From the IMG/VR virus record IMGVR_UViG_2788500061_000001: a stretch of 20,000 bases of DNA, one strand, 5' to 3'. This stretch comes from an uncultured virus (IMG/VR IMGVR_UViG_2788500061_000001). Its lineage: Duplodnaviria; Heunggongvirae; Uroviricota; Caudoviricetes. Positions 15,793 to 20,000 of the stretch are shown here, piece by piece (the first letter of the stretch is position 1; each line of letters opens with the position of its first letter). The notes under the pieces were generated by a model. It searched no databases and was not told the DNA's origin. It worked only from the letters and a program-made list of their open reading frames with translations. The translations under genes were made by a program, and so were the position numbers.

Positions 15793-18700
15793 ATGTTTGA
15801 TAAAATACTAAGGTACTCCGTTTACAACCCCGGCGCTGCCTTCGGGCTGGCCCTATTGCTCCTTGGTGGCGCATTCTACTCTTATCAGGTTATTCCAATC
15901 GATGCTGTGCCTGATATCACCAATGTACAGGTGCAGGTGATGACTCGAGCCGAAAGCCTCGACGGGGAAACCATTGAAGCGAATATTACGTATCCAATTG
16001 AAAGCGCTATGGGCGCTGTGCCCAATGTACAGGAGATACGTTCGGTTACCCGCTTCGGGCTCTCTGTAGTCACGGTGATCTTCGAAGAAGGCACGGACAT
16101 CTATCTGGCAAGACAACTTGTGGGCGAGCAGCTGGCCACACTGGATCTACAGGATGCCCAGCCTCGCCTCGGGCCCATCGCTACCGGCCTGGGGGAAATC
16201 TATCATTACTCCATCGAAGTAAAGGAGCCCGCCACCGATCCGAAGAAGAGGCTGGAACAATTAATGCGACTGAGGACCATCCAGGAATGGGAGGTTAAAC
16301 GCAGATTGCTTGCGGTTCAGGGCGTGGCCGAGGTAAATACAATCGGAGGGTATGAAGAGATATACTTTGTACAACCGGATCCCGTGAAAATGTCTCGATA
16401 CGGGATTCACTTCGATGATCTGAAGCTTGCTCTGCAGCGCAGCAATCGCATCGCCGGAGGTGGATACATTCAGCAAACGGCGAACCAGCTCATTCTTCAG
16501 GGAGACGGACTCATCCGCAATCCAGAAGAAATCGAGTCTTTGCCGTTGAAGCAACTTCCGGATCTGACAACACTTCGCGTGGGCGACGTGGCCTCGGTGG
16601 ACAAAGATAAGGAAATCCGCACCGGAGCTGCCGTGGTTAACGGACAAGAGAGGGTGCTGGGGACGGTATTTATGCTTCTGGGAGAAAACAGCCGCACTGT
16701 CTCTTCCCGGGTAGACGAACGAGTCAACGAAATTCGTAAGACCCTTCCAGAGGACGTGGAGATCAAAACACTCTACAACCGATCCTATCTTGTGGATGGC
16801 ACCATTGAGACGGTGCAGGAGAACCTGGTCTTCGGCGCGCTGCTGGTGGTGGTGGTTCTGCTACTTCTTACCGGGAATTTTCGGGCTGCGATCATCGCTT
16901 CGGCCGTAATACCGCTGTCTATGGCGGCTACATTGATTTCTATGTATGTCACCGGCGTTTCAGCGAATCTCATGAGCCTGGGGGCCCTGGACTTCGGTAT
17001 TATAATCGACGGCGCAGTTATCGTAATCGATCAATGCGTGCACAGTGTGCAATCACGTGCCTCCACCGAAGGCAGGACTCTAAGTCGATCCGAAATCAAA
17101 TCTGCCGTTGCAGAGGCTTCTATCCAGATTCGCCGGGCTGCCGGATTCGGTCAGATTATAATCCTGGTTGTTTTTCTGCCTATTTTTGCGCTTACTGGTA
17201 TTGAAGGTAAAATGTTTCGCCCGATGGCCGCCGCGTTTTGCTTTGCTCTATTTGCAGCGTTCATTCTTGCTTTTACCGTGGTCCCTGCACTGGCCGGTAC
17301 TTTTTTGCGCGGGCATGCGCCCAGGGAAGGTATGTCCCTTTTTGGTTTTCTGGACCGGGGATACAGTTACCTGCTTTCGCGGGCTCTACAAAAAAGAACC
17401 CTGATCGTGGGGCTTTCCCTTTTGCTGCTCGTTTTAGGCGGATGGGTAGGCAAGAGCCTTGGAGGAGAGTTCATTCCTACACTGTACGAAAGGGCCATTG
17501 CCATGCAATTCGTCCGGCCTCCATCCATTTCGGTCGATTCCTCGGTAAAGCTGGAGCGTTTGTCCCATAAAGTCATACAATCCTTTCCGGAAGTAGATCA
17601 GGTATTTACTCGAATTGGAGCGGCCGAAATTGCCACCGACCCCATGGGGGTTAATATCGGGGATAGCTACATCATGTTAAAACCAAGGCAGAAGTGGCCG
17701 GAAGTAGACGGTGAAGTTCGTACCCCGAATCAGCTCAGGGATGCGTTAAGGTCTGCTGTGCAGAAGGCCGTTCCCGGCCAGAGAATCCTGATGAGTCAGC
17801 CTATTCAGCTACGATTCAATGAGCTTCTGGAAGGTTCTCGGTCCGATTTAACGCTCAAGATCTATGGAGACGATCTGGAGAAGCTGCAGCATCTAAGCGA
17901 AAAAGCTGCAGCCTTGCTGTCTTCGGTTCCCGGCTCCGGGAACCCTGAATCGGAGATTCGAGGACAGATACCCATCATAAAGGTCGAACCCCGAACCGAA
18001 GTACTGCAGCGACTGGGACTATCGCGCAAGGAAATACTGGACACGGTGCAGATGGGCCTGGGCGGCCATGATACCGGCTTTCTCTATCGAGGAGTGCGTC
18101 GATTCCCTATCCGAATTCGGCTGAAGGAGGAAGATCGCAGTCTGTCCGGGCTGTCCGAATTGCCGGTAGGAGTAACCGATAGCTCCACGGAGCCTCTGGA
18201 CAAGCTTGCCCGGATCTATGAGACGCGCACCTTCGAAATGATCAAACGGGATTCCATGCAACGACGGGGTGCCATTCTAATCAACCCCACCGGCGGAGAT
18301 ACGGCGGGCTTTGTGGAAGCCGCGAACCGGGCACTGAAAGATCTGGAATTGCCGCCAGGCTATTACACCGAATGGGGTGGCAGCTTCGAAAACCTGCAGA
18401 AGGCCAGGAGCCGGCTCCTGATCGTTGCTCCGCTGGCCTTTCTTATTGTTTCGTTGATGATCTATTCTGCATTTCGGAACTGGATTCGGACCCTCATGGT
18501 GCTGGCCGGAGTACCTTTCGCTCTGGTGGGCGGCGTACTGGCACTTGCCATTTCCGGCCAGTCCCTCAGCATTTCCGCTTCCGTGGGCTTTATTGCACTT
18601 TTCGGTATCTCCGTCTTGAACGGAGTCGTACTCATGAGTCGCTACCGGGATCTATCACAGGAAGGTATCGAAGGAGAGGAATTGGCCTTGCAGGGCGCGC

Positions 18701-18939
18701 GAAGCAGACTTAGAGCCGTGGCCATGACGGCACTAACAGATATTTTTGGCTTCATGCCCATGATGCTGGCCACAGGACTGGGCGCTGAAGTTCAGCGGCC
18801 TCTGGCCACCGTTGTAGTCGGAGGAGTGCTCACCTCTTCGTTTGTGATTCTATTTTTCTTTCCGGTCATTCACACATTCCTGGAGGGAGTCCTGAACCGC
18901 GGCGAAGCAGGCAAAATCCAGGGGGATGACTTTCAATGA
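15793..18939 (+). CDS. czcA: CusA/CzcA family heavy-metal RND transporter
   Basis: 1048 aa; IPIDAVPDITNVQVQV, ANLMSLGALDFGIIIDGAV, GIEGKMFRPMA, GAEVQRPLATVVVGG. Confidence 0.95.
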   Translation: MFDKILRYSVYNPGAAFGLALLLLGGAFYSYQVIPIDAVPDITNVQVQVMTRAESLDGETIEANITYPIESAMGAVPNVQEIRSVTRFGLSVVTVIFEEGTDIYLARQLVGEQLATLDLQDAQPRLGPIATGLGEIYHYSIEVKEPATDPKKRLEQLMRLRTIQEWEVKRRLLAVQGVAEVNTIGGYEEIYFVQPDPVKMSRYGIHFDDLKLALQRSNRIAGGGYIQQTANQLILQGDGLIRNPEEIESLPLKQLPDLTTLRVGDVASVDKDKEIRTGAAVVNGQERVLGTVFMLLGENSRTVSSRVDERVNEIRKTLPEDVEIKTLYNRSYLVDGTIETVQENLVFGALLVVVVLLLLTGNFRAAIIASAVIPLSMAATLISMYVTGVSANLMSLGALDFGIIIDGAVIVIDQCVHSVQSRASTEGRTLSRSEIKSAVAEASIQIRRAAGFGQIIILVVFLPIFALTGIEGKMFRPMAAAFCFALFAAFILAFTVVPALAGTFLRGHAPREGMSLFGFLDRGYSYLLSRALQKRTLIVGLSLLLLVLGGWVGKSLGGEFIPTLYERAIAMQFVRPPSISVDSSVKLERLSHKVIQSFPEVDQVFTRIGAAEIATDPMGVNIGDSYIMLKPRQKWPEVDGEVRTPNQLRDALRSAVQKAVPGQRILMSQPIQLRFNELLEGSRSDLTLKIYGDDLEKLQHLSEKAAALLSSVPGSGNPESEIRGQIPIIKVEPRTEVLQRLGLSRKEILDTVQMGLGGHDTGFLYRGVRRFPIRIRLKEEDRSLSGLSELPVGVTDSSTEPLDKLARIYETRTFEMIKRDSMQRRGAILINPTGGDTAGFVEAANRALKDLELPPGYYTEWGGSFENLQKARSRLLIVAPLAFLIVSLMIYSAFRNWIRTLMVLAGVPFALVGGVLALAISGQSLSISASVGFIALFGISVLNGVVLMSRYRDLSQEGIEGEELALQGARSRLRAVAMTALTDIFGFMPMMLATGLGAEVQRPLATVVVGGVLTSSFVILFFFPVIHTFLEGVLNRGEAGKIQGDDFQ

Positions 18940-19670
18940 AAAAGAATGTTCTCGTACTGGGCGGCTACGGCCTGGCTGGCCGTAGCATTGTGGAAAGCCT
19001 CCTGGATGCAGGGCCTGGGGTGGTGGCCGCCGGTAGAAACAGGAACAAACTCCTGGAACTGGAAAGAAGCCTGGGATCTACGCCTACTCCGGAGGCCCGG
19101 CCTACGTCGCTGAAAACCTGCGTGCTGGATGTTTCGGACAACTCTGAGGCGGGCATTACTGCTCTGAAGCAAGCTATGAACGAGGCAGATGCAGTCATAA
19201 ACTGCGTGGGACCGTTCATCCTCCATGGTAGCCGGATGGCACAAATAGCCATCGATGCGGGAGCCCATTACCTGGACATAGCTTCGGAGCAGGAGCATTT
19301 GCGGCGTATTGTTGATCTGGATGGACCGGCCCGTAAGGCCGGGTTGAGTGTTCTACCGGGGGCCGGCGCCTACCCTGGTTTGAGCGGCCTTCTCCTTGGC
19401 CGCCTGCTGGAGTGTTATCCCGAAACCGCTGAAGCTACAATCGAGTTGGCTATGTCCTCTAACCCCACCGGTCAGGGCGTGGCCCAGTTGTTGAGCGGGG
19501 CACTGGAAATGATTTTCCCCCTTAACGAGCCCGAAGTAAATTCGCAGAAAGCCATCTTTCCAGGCACAGTTGAGAATCGAGAATTTCCTGCCCCTTTGGT
19601 GTGCTTCCCGCTTTCCGGACCTTATTGTCAGTACCGGTGTATTCGTGATTGTAGTATTCGGTGCAATTAG
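18936..19670 (+). pseudogene. Saccharopine dehydrogenase-like NAD(P)-binding protein, probably 3'-truncated near 19595
   Basis: VLGGYGLAG, AGRN, VINCVGPF, GAHYLDI, GAYPGLS motifs; after REFPAP the frame degenerates into a Cys-rich tail. Confidence 0.65.
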
Positions 19671-19692
19671 AATTCTCAAGCTGGCCAAATAA
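19594..19692 (+). pseudogene. C-terminal remnant of a CDF-type cation transporter
   Basis: The +1 frame reads LWCASRFPDLIVSTGVFVIVVFGAIRILKLAK-stop, resembling the last TM helix of short CDF transporters; no start codon. Confidence 0.55.
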
Positions 19693-20000
19693 CCGGTTTC
19701 CGAGATCTCAATCCTGGATAGAGCGGGATGACGTTATGAGCGAGAAAAGCTGGCAAGCAGATTGTCAGCTATCGCGGATTATATGAGCTCGCCGCTTTCG
19801 CTTTGTAGACTCTCGGCAGAGTGCGGTCCATAGTGCCAGAAACCGCTGTGTCAGACTGTATTCGGAAGCTGGGGTGATATCCATACATGATCGTGTATCC
19901 GGTTCGGGGCTTCGGGATCAGCCACCGGACCCGCTCGGAACTCTCCAGAATAAGCTCTCTCCCGACCCTGTATTCCCGCAAACGCTCCCGTCCATGCTGA

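Noticed and set aside
19598..20000. TGGTGTGCTTCCCGCTTTCCGGAC as an IS3-like terminal repeat with transposase remnants downstream
   Set aside because: Better explained as the CDF coding remnant; minus-strand frames at the window end show no convincing DDE motifs, so the last 300 bp are left unassigned.

Overview
The left 12.3 kb looks like the end of a temperate phage-plasmid or prophage. It carries repeat-containing tail-fibre genes, a tail-fibre assembly gene, an isolated minus-strand portal, a head-tail adaptor, and a lysis cassette (possible spanins, holin, Amidase_2 endolysin). These are followed by a DUF3800 gene and a parB-parA / rep replicon. The right 7.7 kb is a metal-homeostasis cluster: ZIP transporter, czcC, a minimal czcB-like gene, czcA, a truncated saccharopine-dehydrogenase-like gene and a CDF-transporter remnant. 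A Leptospiraceae-like host is suggested only by lipobox style and the LE1-like parAB-rep layout (inference). The main non-coding signals are four. (1) A perfect TTGACA-N17-TATAAT promoter points at an E-loop hairpin RNA convergent on the DUF3800 gene. (2) A structured RNA upstream of rep has loops and a pyrimidine tract complementary to the rep leader, SD and start codon. (3) Two identical 23-bp palindromes sit inside parA and parB in different reading frames (candidate parS). (4) Lambda-style iterons lie inside rep. All protein calls come from motif recognition by eye; no searches were run.
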